A DNA stretch of 64,000 nucleotides from Pristiophorus japonicus (Eukaryota), in the NCBI RefSeq assembly GCF_044704955.1, contig NC_091995.1, positions 99,386,001-99,450,000 on the forward strand, in the 5' to 3' direction. Of this stretch, positions 36,801-47,691 are shown one piece after another (the stretch's first letter is position 1; each line of letters opens with the position of its first letter). Under the pieces are notes generated by a model. That model ran no database searches, was not told the DNA's origin, and saw only the letters and a program-made list of their open reading frames with translations. Position numbers and translations under genes: made by a program.

Positions 36801-39800
36801 AGCCCAGTTGATCCAGTCTTTCTTGATAGGTCAGTCCCGCCATTCTATGATAGGTCAGTCCCGCCATTCCGGGAATCAGTCTGGTGAACCTTCGCTGCAC
36901 TCCCTCAATAGCAAGAATGTCCTTCCTCAGGTTAGGAGACCAAAACTGTACACAATACTCCAGGTGTGGCCTCACCAATGCCCTGTACAACTGTAGCAAC
37001 ACCTCCCTGCCCCTGTACTCAAATCCCCTTGCTATGAAGGCCAACATGCCATTTGCTTTCTTAACCGCCTGCTGCACCTGCATGCCAACCTTCAATGACT
37101 GATGTACCATGACACCCAGGTCTCGTTGAACCTCCCCTTTTCCTAAGCTGTCACCATTCAGATAATAGTCTGTCTCTCTGTTTTTACCACCAAAGTGGAT
37201 AACCTCACATTTATCCACATTATACTTCATCTGCCATGCATTTGCCCACTCACCTAACCTATCCAAGTCACTCTGCAGCCTCATAGCATCCTCCTCGCAG
37301 CTCACACTGCCACCCAACTTAGTGTCATCCGCAAATTTGGAGATACTACATTTAATCCCCTCGTCTAAATCATTAATGTACAATGTAAACAGCTGGGGCC
37401 CCAGCACAGAACCTTGCGGTACCCCACTAGTCACTGCCTGCCATTCTGAAAAGTCCCCATATACTCCTACTCTTTGCTTCCTGTCTGACAACCAGTTCTC
37501 AATCCATGTCAGCACACTACCCCCAATCCCATGTGCTTTAACTTTGCACATTAATCTCTTGTGTGGGACCTTGTCTAAAGCCTTCTGAAAGTCCAAATAT
37601 ACCACATCAACTGGTTCTCCCTTGTCCACTCTACTGGAAACATCCTCAAAAAATTCTAGAAGATTTGTCAAGCATGATTTCCCTTTCACAAATCCATGCT
37701 GACTTGGACCTATCATGTCACCTCTTTCCAAATGCGCTGCTATGACATCCTTAATAATTGATTCCATCATTTTACCCACTACTGAGGTCAGGCTGACCAG
37801 TCTATAATTCCCTGTTTTCTCTCTCCCTCCTTTTTTAAAAAGTGGGGTTACATTGGCTACCCTCCACTCGATAGGAACTGATCCAGAGTCAATGGAATGT
37901 TGGAAAATGACTGTCAATGCGTCTGCTATTTCCAAGGCCACCTCCTTAAGTACTCTGGGATGCAGTCCATCAGGCCCTGGAGATTTATCGGCCTTCAATC
38001 CCATCAATTTCCCCAACACAATTTCCCGACTAATAAAGATTTCCCTTAGTTCCTCCTCCTTACTAACCCCTCTGACCCCTTTTATATCCGGAAGGTTGTT
38101 TGTGTCCTCCTTAGTGAATACTTCGGTTAGATGCGGGAAGAATATTCCCGATGTTGGGGAAGTCCAGAACCAGGGGACACAGTCTTAGGATAAGGGATAG
38201 GCCATTTAGGACTGAGATGAGGAGAAACTTCTTCACTCAGAGAGTTGTTGACCTGTGGAATTCTCTACCGCAGAGAGTTGTTGATGCCAATTCATTGGAT
38301 ATATTCAAGAGGGAGTTAGATATGGCCCTTACGGCTAAAGGGATCAAGGGGTATGGAGAGAAAGCAGGAAAGGGATAATGAGGGAATGATCAGCCATGAT
38401 CATATTGAATGGCGGTGCAGGCTCGAAGGGACAAATGGCCTACTCCTGCACCTATTTTCTATGTTTCTATGTTTCTATGAGAACATATACAGGATAAACT
38501 CAGCTTGACACCTTGGAAAGACTAAAGCAAAATACTGTGGATGCTGGAAATCTGAAATTAAAACAGGAAATGCTGAAAATACTCAGCAGATCAGACATAA
38601 TCTGTGGAGGGAAACAGTTAACATTTCAGGTCGAAGATTTCATCAGAACTGGAAAAAGTTGGATATGTAACAGATTTTAAGCAAGTACAGAGGCTGGGAA
38701 AGGGGGAGAGTAGGGAGGAAAGAACAAATGGGAAGGTGGGATAGGGTGGAGAGCAGAAGAGATTTCACTCAGAGAGTTGTTAACCTGTGGAATTCTCTAC
38801 CGCAGAGAGTTGTTGAGGCCAGTTCATTAGATATATAGAAAAGGGAGTTAGATATGGCCCTTACAGCCAAAGGGATCAAGGGGTATGGAGAGAAAGCAGG
38901 AAAGGGGTACTGAGGTTGAATGATCAGCCATGATCTTATTGAATGGTGGTGCAGGCTCGAAGGGTCGAATGGTCTACTCCTGCACCTATTTTCTATGTTT
39001 CTATGAATGACAAAAGGAATGATGGTGCGAGACAATAAGGGATGGTAATGGAGCAAGACACAAACGATGAGTCCAGAGGAGGTGTAAACGGCAACAGAAG
39101 AGTCATTAGCAACGGCTGCCATCTGTCTGAAATTGTTGAACTCGATGTTGAGTCCAGAAGGCTGTAAAGTGCTTGATCGAAAGATGAGGTGCTGTTCCTC
39201 GAGCTTAGAATCATCTTCTTCATAGGCGGTCCCTCGAAGCGAGGATGACTTGCTTCCAAACCAAAAAAGGATAAGTTCACAGGTGTTCCAATGAAGGACC
39301 TAAAATTCCAGGTCCTGAACTACATGTAGAAAGGTGGAAGATGCCTGTGGGTGGATTTTTTTAACGTGGGGTGACCGCTGCACACCAGCCACCACACGGG
39401 CTTGACAGAGCGAGGTCTTGGTCCAGTGGCCAACTGGAGACTTGCTCTGCTGCACGGACCTAGTGCGCACATATCGCAGTGTGGGCTGGTCCGTGCTGCC
39501 CCTGGGCCCCTGGACCCGAACTCATGCCTCTCCTGGGCCCCATCACATCCCTCTACATGCCACCCCTTTGCCCCGACCTCACCGCTCCTGCTGTACCTGC
39601 CCACGCTCTAATAAAATCATAGAATGGTTACAGAACGGAAGAAGGCCGTTCGGCCTGTCGAGCCCATACACGCTTCCATTCAGCTTCGTTGGAACAGTGG
39701 AGGAGGCTAAAGATAGAGAGGTCACTCACCTGTCACAGTTACCTGCACATGATCACTATACAGTGACACAGACTGATTGGACCAATAGCCACAGAAGTAA

Positions 39801-42800
39801 CTTCCCGAATCCGAGATGGTTACACGTTTGAGCTCGAAGAATGTGACAGAACTATTTTCTGCTGCCTGTGTGAGTCGCGGATTCTTGGTGTCTTTGTACA
39901 ACACAAAGTGTGTAGGTGGGTCCGGCCCGGGAGCTGTACATGTAAATCTAACAGTATCTCCTATCGCTGCACCACCTGATGAGGGAGTCACGGCTAGTGT
40001 GGGAACTGGAGCAGGGGCTGGAACCAAGAGATTGTGGAAAACAAAAGCTGGGATGAGTTTGAATCATTTCATATTGATTGTGAAATATCCAACAACGGTC
40101 GGTTAGAATGGGTTTGGAGATGTTCTTTCCAAAGATTAAATACCATGGGATATACAGGAATATACCATGGAATATAGAATCACAGAACCTTACAGCACAA
40201 AAGAAGACCATTCGGCTCATTGTGCCTGTGCCAGCTCTTTAAGAACATAAGGATTAGGAGCAGGAGTCGGCCATTCGGCCCCTCGATTCTGCTCCGCCAT
40301 TCAATAAGATCATGGCTGATCTATCTCAACTCCACTTTCCTGCATTATACCCATATCCCTTGATTCCCTTAATATCCAAAAAATCTATTGATCTCTGGCT
40401 TGAATATCTTCAATAACTGAGCCTCCACAGCCCTCTGGGGCAGAGAATTCCAAAGATTCACCATCCTCCTCATCTCAGTCCTTAAAGGCCAACCCCTTAT
40501 TCTGAGACTGTGACCCCTAGTTCTTTGAAAGATCTATCCAATTTATTCCTACACCCCAGCCTTTTCCCCATAACCCTGCATATCAGTCCTCTTTAAATAC
40601 AGGTCCAATTACCTTTGGAAAGTTCCCACAGAATCTGCTTGCACCACTCTCTTTCAGGTAGCACCCTCTGTGTGAAGAAATTTATCCTCCATTCCCCTCT
40701 AGTTCTTTTGCCAATCATTTTAAGTCTATGACCTCTGGTTACCGACCCATTTGCCAGAGGAAAGTTTCTCCTTACTTGCTCCTTCAAAACCCCTCATCAT
40801 TTTGAATACCCCTGTGGGGTCTCCCATTAAACTTCTCTGCTGTAAGGAGAACAATCCCAGCTTCTGCAATCTCTCCACATAACCGAAGTCCCTCATCCCC
40901 GGTGTCAACCTGTGAACCTCCTCTGCACCCTCTGCAAGGCCTTGACATTCTTTCCCAAGTCTGGTGTCCAGAATTGTCCAGCTAGGCCTAACCAGAGATT
41001 TGTAAAGGATTACCATGACTTCCTTCTTTTTGTATTTAATGGTCTTATTTACAAAGGAATATACCATGGAATGTACAGGAATATACCAGAATGAGAAGAG
41101 AGTGAGTAGACGAGACCTATATTCTCTAGAGTTTAGAAGAATGAGAGGTGATCTCATTGAAAGATACAAAATTCTTACAGGGCTTGACAGGGTCGATGCA
41201 GGGAGGATGTGTAAAGTCCTGTCCCCTCAGTACAGATTCACATGAGGCATGTAGTGAAGTCAAGGTCACTCTGGACCTGCACCTTTTATTTTCCAGCTCT
41301 GGAATGCTGCACTTGCCTGAGACCTGTCCTTATATACCTGTCTCTTGCAAGTGCACCCCTGGTGGTAAGGTATGCTGGTGATTACAGGTCTTATCTTATT
41401 ACAGTCATGTACAGCATGTTAGGATACAGTTATATATAATAATGTAAAATACATGACAGGATGTTTCCCCCCGGCTGGGGTGTCTAGATCCAGGGGTCAC
41501 AGTCTCAGGATAAGGGGTTGGCCATTTAGGACTGAGATGAGGAGGAATTTCTTCACTCAGAGGGTGGTGAATCTTTGGAATTCTCTGCCCCAGAGGGCTG
41601 TGGAGGCTCAGTCGTTGAGTATATTCAAGGCAGATATCGATAGATTTGTGGATATTAAGGAAATTAAGGGATATGGGGACAGTGCAGGAAAGTGGAGTTG
41701 AGGTCGAAGATCAGCCGTGATCTTATTGAATGGCGGAGCAGGCTCGAGGGGTCGAATGGGCGACTCCTGCTCTTAATTCTTATGTTAATGTACAGGAGTT
41801 ACAGGAGGGGGCAGAGTGAGTGGGAAGTCTCCAGCAGACCTCCTCCCGCAGTTACTGATTGATCAGGGAGACTCGGATCCAGTCTCGGGCGGAGGAGACT
41901 GTCCACACGGGAGAAGCAGGGTTCGAGACACAAACAAGGGGAGAGAAACATGGATCTCACTCACCTCTCACGATTACTCTCACATCATTACTGTAACCTA
42001 CCGATGCAAAGCGCTCGGTGTCATACACACAGAAGTAGCTCCCTCCATCCAAGTAGTTCATTACTTTGAACTGGAACACGCCCTCAAACACCTTTTCCAA
42101 TGTGTTTATCACATGCTGCTTTCCAACTTTATACAAATGGAATGTGAGTGCAGTTTGGGGCCCGGGAGCTGTACATGTAAATCTAACCATGTCTCCGGCC
42201 ATCACAAAGCCTGATGGAGGCTCCAGGGTCAGTGTCAGTTTTGACGATCCACCTGAAACAAACAGATTAGATCATTCAATTCTCGCTGCAGTGGATGGAA
42301 CCCGATTCACTAGTGGTGGGAACAGAACTGGTTTCAATGAATTCATTCCCAATCCTGGATTAAACTCTCTGACTGGACAGCGGTGGGATATCCCATCCCC
42401 TCCACCGCCCAGGCACTGTCTCTGCCCATCGGGCACTGGTTCAACCCACTGTATGCCGTCTCTGCCCATCAGATGCTGTCTCTGCCCATCAGGCACTATC
42501 TCTGCCCATCGGGCACTGATTCTGCACATCGGGCACTGGTTCCATCCATCGGACATTGTCTCTGACCATCGGACACTGTCTCTGCCCATCGGGCGCTGAT
42601 TCTGCCCATCGGGCACAGGTACCACCCATCGGACGCTGTCTCTGCCCATCGGATACTGTCTCTGCCCATCGGGCGCTATCTCTGCCCATCTGGTGCTATC
42701 TCTGCCCATCGGGCGCTGTCTCTGCCCATCAGACACCGTCTCTGCCCATTGGATACCATCTCTGCCCATCGGGCGCTGATTCCACCTTTCGGACGCTCCT

Positions 42801-45462
42801 CAGACTGTCAAGAATCCCCGGCATCACGGCTCAACCGTGCCCCGGGTCCATGGCTGTGAGTTTCACCCTTGGAGCCAGTCAGGAGACATAACTGTGAGCA
42901 CCAGCTCGGTGTGATTGTACAATCCGGCAATGGATTCAGAAAAACATTGAACAGACGGGGGGTCCTGATGGCACACAGGAACAGCCTGCCCCATTGGATC
43001 ACGAGGAAAGGAACAAGAGTTGATACACATTGGCCAAGTGTGGCACACGAGATTGTATAATGACACTGTGAAAGGAGAGGCTCAAAAAATGAGTGCTGTA
43101 ACCTGGTGCTTCTGGGGCTGGACTGGTAACCCAGAGATCAAATCCCACCCTTCAGTGGATCTGCTAATGGATGCTCACCAAGGTGCTGGATTATGGTAAA
43201 TACTTAACGACTTCACTAAAATCCTGCAGGGAAGTATATCTCCTACCATACCTAGTCTGGCCTGCATGTGACTCCAATCAAATATCCTCAGGGCGTGAGG
43301 TTACTCAATACTGGCTTGTCGGTGTTGCCCACAGCTCAAGAACCTATGAATGCAAATATATACTGTATTATATCTGGTACCTAGCACATTGGGACATAAT
43401 ATTCCAATCGTCTCATTCTACCCTAAAATGTCTATGTTCCCAATCATGAGTACTGTTCAGATTCCATGGTCTCCACTAACTAACCTAACATCTGTCATTG
43501 GGAAAATGTTGGAGTCCATTATTAAGGAAGCAGTAGCAGGACATTTAGAAAATTAAAATGCAGTCAGGCAGAGTCAGCATGGTTTTATGAAAGGGGAAAT
43601 CATGTTTGACAAATTTGCTAGAATTCTTTGAGGATAAACGAGCAGGGTGGATAAAGGAGAACCAGTAGATGTGGTATATTTGGACTTCCAGAAAGCATTC
43701 GATAAGGTGACACACAAAAGGTTACTGCACAAGATAAGAGCTCACAGGGTTGGGGGTAATATATTAGCATGGATAGAGGATTGGCTAACTAACAGAAAAC
43801 AGAGAGTCAGGATAAATGGATCATTTTCAGTTTGGCAAACAGTAACTAGTGGGGTGCCACAGGGATCAGTGCTAGGGCCTCAACTATTTACAATTTATAT
43901 TAATGACTCGGATGAAGGGACCGAGTGTAATGTAACCAAATTTGCTGATGATACAAAGATAGGTGAGAAATCAAATTATGAGGAGGCTGTAAAGAATCTA
44001 CAGAGGGATATAGATAGGCTCAGGGAGTGGGCAAAAAATTTGGCAGATGGAGTATAATGTGGGAAAATGTGAGGTTATCCACTTTGGTGGGAAAAATAAA
44101 AAAGCAAATTACTATTTAAATAGAGAGATTACAAAATGTTGTAGTACAGAGGGACCTGGGGTCCTTTTGCACGAAACACAAGAAGTTAGTCTGCAGGTAC
44201 AGCAAGTGATCAGGAAGGCAAATGGAATGTTGGCCTTTATTGAAAGGGGGATAGAGTATAAAAGCAGAGAAGTCATGCCACAATTGTGCGTTGGTAAGAC
44301 CACACCTGGAGTACTGCGTACAGTTTTGGTCTCCGTATTTAAGGAAGGATATACTTGAATTGGAGGCAGTTGAGAGAAGGTCCACGAGGTTAATTCCTGA
44401 GATGAGGGGCTTGTCATATGAAGAAAGGTTGAGCAGGTTGGGCTCCTTGAAGTTTAGGGGAATGAGAGGTGATCTTATTGAAACATATAAGATTCTGGGG
44501 GACTGGACAGGGTAGATGCAGAGAGGATGTTTCCCCTTATGGGGAATCTAGAACTAGGGGGCATAGTTTCAGGGCATTGGATTACTGGCGGTATAAACAA
44601 GCTCCAAACGAAACAGAAAGCGAGCCGGGACAGTTGTTATTAAAACTTCGGACTCCGGGAAAGGTATCTCAGCCATCAGTTCTTGCTGCTACTGACTCAT
44701 CCTATCGCTTCTGCTTTGTGGTTCCGGAACTGACCTGCGATTCCGGCCTGCAGGGAGCCGACCACATCAGCTGGAAGAGAAAATTATTGAACAATTTAAA
44801 TCAGAAAGCGTTCTGCCAAGACACAAACAATAGTTTATAAAGTACAGATGTTTTCACTGAGTTGTGATTAAGTTGCAGGATAATGCAAAATGCGACGTTT
44901 TTACTTGTGCCCAATTTTACATAAAACTATCATCTCACACAATTCAACGACCAGCCGTTTGGACTAGCAGTGTCACAAGAAGCCTCAAATACATTGACAT
45001 TAACTCCCCGCTTCTATTCTCAAACAGTATGATGTTATTCTGAGAGTATTCCCTCTCACTGAAAATCCAATCACCTTTTCATACTGGGCTCGACAGCTGT
45101 AGTTGCTAAACAATTGTTCTGTGCATGGCATTGACTGTTACACTTGTTGGGAGTAGGACTTTGCCCAAACATTGCTGCCTGTTGCTAGAATGAAACGTCC
45201 CTCAGAAATCAATGGGAATGTCGAGAGCGAGTGACCTCCCCATTTACTGACAGGTATATCTACCATCCAATCTGCTGATGTGAGAAGAAGCTCACTCCAT
45301 GGTCTGAGGGGGTTAACAGGTGCCCCTCAACACTCCGAGCCTGCCTTCCCCACACTCAGCTTCTTTACCATTCAGCAACACCAGGCCTTCAGCCATAACC
45401 CACTGACAGTTCTTAATGGCGATCCAATACTCACCAAACACGAACATAGCGAAAAACAGCAT
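27760..45462 (-). CDS. LRC-like activating Ig receptor: split leader, two C2-type Ig domains, TM with Arg and His, very short tail (248 aa)
   Basis: Exons 45462-45435 (MLFFAMFVF, donor GTGAGT), 44770-44735 (36-nt mini-exon ADVVGSLQAGIA), 42252-41965 (Ig1, 288 nt), 40017-39730 (Ig2, 288 nt) and 27866-27760 (GLVWPTAVGFRLGVVFLLHLVVVSVWCWRLGDVDG*). All introns are phase 1 and the total of 747 nt is in frame. AATAAA at 27137-27132. Confidence 0.8.
27960..29560 (+). mobile_element. 5'-truncated CR1 LINE (second subfamily, TTTCTATG tail)
   Basis: 459-aa ORF with KSPGPD, NYRPVSLTS, YLDFQKAFD and QGSVLGP motifs. Confidence 0.93.
29954..31075 (-). mobile_element. L2-clade LINE fragment with an internal ~59-bp unit expanded 7-8x (~30390-30835)
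   Basis: (ACA)n end and GGRAFCCLGPKLWNSL motif; repeated RVLTRTKSRSPITPVL segment. Confidence 0.78.
31105..32125 (-). mobile_element. RTE-clade LINE 3' portion (degenerate)
   Basis: YADGTCV, QRCLRKILQIPWEDR, GKRAPGGQRKRYKD and C-terminal CPTC..H..H; (GAT)n tail. Confidence 0.85.
32700..35264 (+). mobile_element. RTE copy (+; ~32700-32965 and ~34676-35264) split by an antiparallel RTE copy (-; ~32966-34680)
   Basis: The plus frame ..LLYGSEAWTLYR| resumes as |KSLEIYHQRCLCKILQIPWEDR. The insert carries the RT core (FFDLTKAFD, GVKQGCVIAP, LQYADD). Confidence 0.82.
35270..38478 (+). mobile_element. CR1 copy (+; 35270-36305 and 38125-38478) split by an antiparallel CR1 copy (-; ~36306-38124)
   Basis: The host reads ..GLDRL|DAGRIFP across the insert, with GGTTAGA on both sides. 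The insert has a 515-aa RT ORF (36472-38019). Confidence 0.9.
38520..39205 (-). mobile_element. Penelope-like element fragment interrupted by a CR1 3' fragment (+, ~38766-39005)
   Basis: Minus strand at ~39130-39205 encodes LEEQHLIFRSSTLQPSGLNIEFNNF, resembling a GIY-YIG endonuclease C-terminus; terminal sequence shared with 59290-59520. Confidence 0.6.
39206..39610 (-). mobile_element. RTE-like element 3' end (different family)
   Basis: cataggcggtccctcgaagcgaggatgacttgcttcc resembles the RTE 3' termini at 8750 and 31118. Confidence 0.45.
39730..40017 (-). CDS. Ig domain exon 2 of the activating receptor
   Basis: PTLAVTP..GDTVRFTC..FVLYKD..DSGSYFCGY..SDHVQVTVTG; phase 1-1; donor GTGAGT. Confidence 0.88.
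40243..41040 (-). mobile_element. Degenerate CR1 3' fragments (two subfamilies)
   Basis: taagaacataag tail with 3' UTR; LGLFSLQQR and TRGHRLK motifs. Confidence 0.7.
41090..41790 (+). mobile_element. CR1 3' fragment hosting a solo LTR
   Basis: LYSLEFRRMRGDLIE..DAGRM|FPPAGVSRSRGHSL..NLWNSLP across the LTR. Confidence 0.82.
41210..41458 (-). mobile_element. Solo LTR (249 bp) with a 5-bp target-site duplication
   Basis: TGTAAAG...ATGACA termini; GGATG at 41205-41209 and 41459-41463; minus-strand TATATAAG (~41336-41329) followed by AATAAA (~41290-41285). Confidence 0.8.
41965..42252 (-). CDS. Ig domain exon 1 of the activating receptor
   Basis: LTLTLEPP..GDMVRFTC..FHLYK..DGGSYFCVY..SNDVRVIVRG; phase 1-1; donor GTGAGT. 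Confidence 0.88.
42410..42785. repeat. 20-bp minisatellite (TCTGCCCATCGGGCACTGTC), about 18-19 copies
   Basis: Directly visible 20-bp periodicity. Confidence 0.92.
43475..44572 (+). mobile_element. Degenerate CR1 RT fragment
   Basis: YLDFQKAFD, GVPQGSVLGP, KFADDTK and RPHLEYC motifs, with frameshifts. Confidence 0.88.
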
Positions 45463-45934
45463 TTTTATGGGTAACTTTCTTCCAAGATGTGCGGAACCGC
45501 TTGGATTTCTCAATCATCTGACATCTGGTCAGAGAATGGACTGACTGACTGTGTTAACAAGAACGGAACTGAACCCTTCAACTATCAGCATGACTCGGGA
45601 TTGGTCAGGGAACTTGCGACTGTTGCGATGGAGAATTTCAGAGGTTCATCTACTTGTAAAGGGCCTTTAGTTGGACAGTGTTTGAAGAAACGATACCTTC
45701 AATACCAAGAAGGAGCTGAGTGGTTCTGTCGGGGTTACTCTGTGACGTGTCGAACACCAGATCTCAGCCAATTTATCAGGAGCAATTCATCCGCTGGAAA
45801 AAGGGTTTGTCACTACACCATTCGTATTGACTTCAGTGTGTCTGAATCTGAACATCATGTGATGGGAGGAAATGGGATGCAGGAGATGCAGTGGATGAGA
45901 TTTCCGATCACTGAGGTCGCTCGCTGCGAGACAT

Positions 45935-46480
45935 GGACCCCGTTCCCCCTTCGCTAACGCTGACACTAACACTAACCCTGACCCTAACCCTCACCCTAAC
46001 ACCAACACTAACCCTAAACCCGTTCCCCCTTCGCTAACGCTGACAGTAATACTAACCTTAACCCTAACCCTCACTCCAACACCAACACTGACCCTAACCC
46101 TAAACCCGTTCCCCCCTCGCTAACGCTGACACTAATGCTAAACCTAACCCTGACACTCCCTAACCCTGACACTGACCCTCACCCTGACCCGAACACTAAC
46201 ATTAAACCCTTCGCTAACCCTAATCCTAACCCCTTTCCTAACACAAACCCTAACACTAACCCTTCGCTAACCCTAAGGCCTTAGCTAACCCTAACCTTGA
46301 ACCTGACTCTAACACTAACCTTAACCCTAACCCATCCCCCCTTCGCTAACCCGAATGCTAAACCCCTTTGCTAACCCTAACTCTAACACTAACACTAACA
46401 CTAACCCTAACCCAACCCTAACCCTAAACCTAGATCTAACTCTAACCTAACCATAAACCTAAATCTAAACCTAACCCACA
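45935..46480. repeat. Degenerate telomere-like (CCCTAA-variant) array between the two receptor start codons
   Basis: CCCTAA/CACTAA/CCCTGA hexamers interspersed with a repeated CCCGTTCCCCCTTCGCTAACGCTGAC unit. Confidence 0.85.
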
Positions 46481-46604
46481 CCTATTCAAGCTGGAACTTC
46501 GATTAATTGGTTAATTTGATCTTCTGTTATTAATTTAAGATCTCGGATATAAAACAATCATTGCATCATTAAAGACACTGTATAAATGCAAGTCTTTTTT
46601 TTAT

Positions 46605-47490
46605 TAGAGGGATTTGGGTGTCTTTATACACGAATTACAGAAAGTTAACATGCAGGTACAGCAAGCAATTAGGAAGGAAAATGGTGCATTTGCCTTTATT
46701 GTAAGGGGGTTAGAGTATACATGTAAGGAAGTATTCATAGTGGCAAAAGGTGGGTAGTGGTGTTCCACAAGGATCAGTGCCGGGACCACTGTTGTTCACA
46801 ATTTATATTAACGGTTTAGACTTTGGAATCAAAAACACAATTTCTAAATTTGTGGATGACACCAAATTAGGGGGGGGAATAGTCAATACTGAGGACTGCA
46901 ACACATTACAGGAGGACATTAATAAACTTGCAGAATGGACATATAATTGGCAAATGAATTTCAACACAGATAAAAGGGAGGTATTACATTTTGGTAGGAA
47001 GAATAGGGAGGTCATGTATTACTTGGAGGGGGCGAGTCTGGGTGGGGTAGAGGAACAAAGGGATCTCGGATACAAATACACAAATCACTAAAGGTTGCAA
47101 CACAGGTTAGCAAGGCCATAAAAAGCAAACCAAGCACTAATAGAGTCTTTAAAATGATGAAAGGTTTTGATAGAATGGATAGAGAGAGAATGTTTCCACT
47201 TGTGGGGAAGAGCATAACTAGAGGTCATCAATATAAGATAGTCACCCAGAAATCCAATAGGGAATTCAGGAGAAACTTCTTTACCCAGAGAATGGTGAGA
47301 ATGTGGAACTCGCTGCCACAGGGAGGTGTTGAGGCGAATAGTATCTAAGGGGAGGCTGGACAAGGATATGAGGGAGAAAGGAATAGAGGGCTATGCTGAT
47401 AGATTTAGATGAGGAAAGACGGGAGGAGGCTCGAGTGGACTGGTTGGGCCGAATGGCCTGTTTCTGAGCCGACTATCCTGTGTGATCCTG
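46605..47490 (+). mobile_element. Degenerate CR1 fragments
   Basis: GVPQGSVPGP, KFVDDTKLGG and RMWNSLP motifs. Confidence 0.78.
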
Positions 47491-47691
47491 TAGAACAGTG
47501 CACAGCTTTTGCCACTGCTGCCAGGGGCAGATGATGAAAGAGGGAGTGTTGGAAATGATTGCATTAGTGTATCCGTTGGTGCAATGATAAAATCCAACTC
47601 TTAACCACTCCCACATCTCAGTCATTTCCCAGTGTTAGTTTTAAAACTGAAACTTGGAGATTTCTTCTTCTTTCTCAACTTTCTTCTGACA

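Noticed and set aside
45075-45105. Alternative candidate leader mini-exon on the minus strand
   Set aside because: 31 nt breaks the frame and the donor is weak; 44770-44735 fits phase and consensus.
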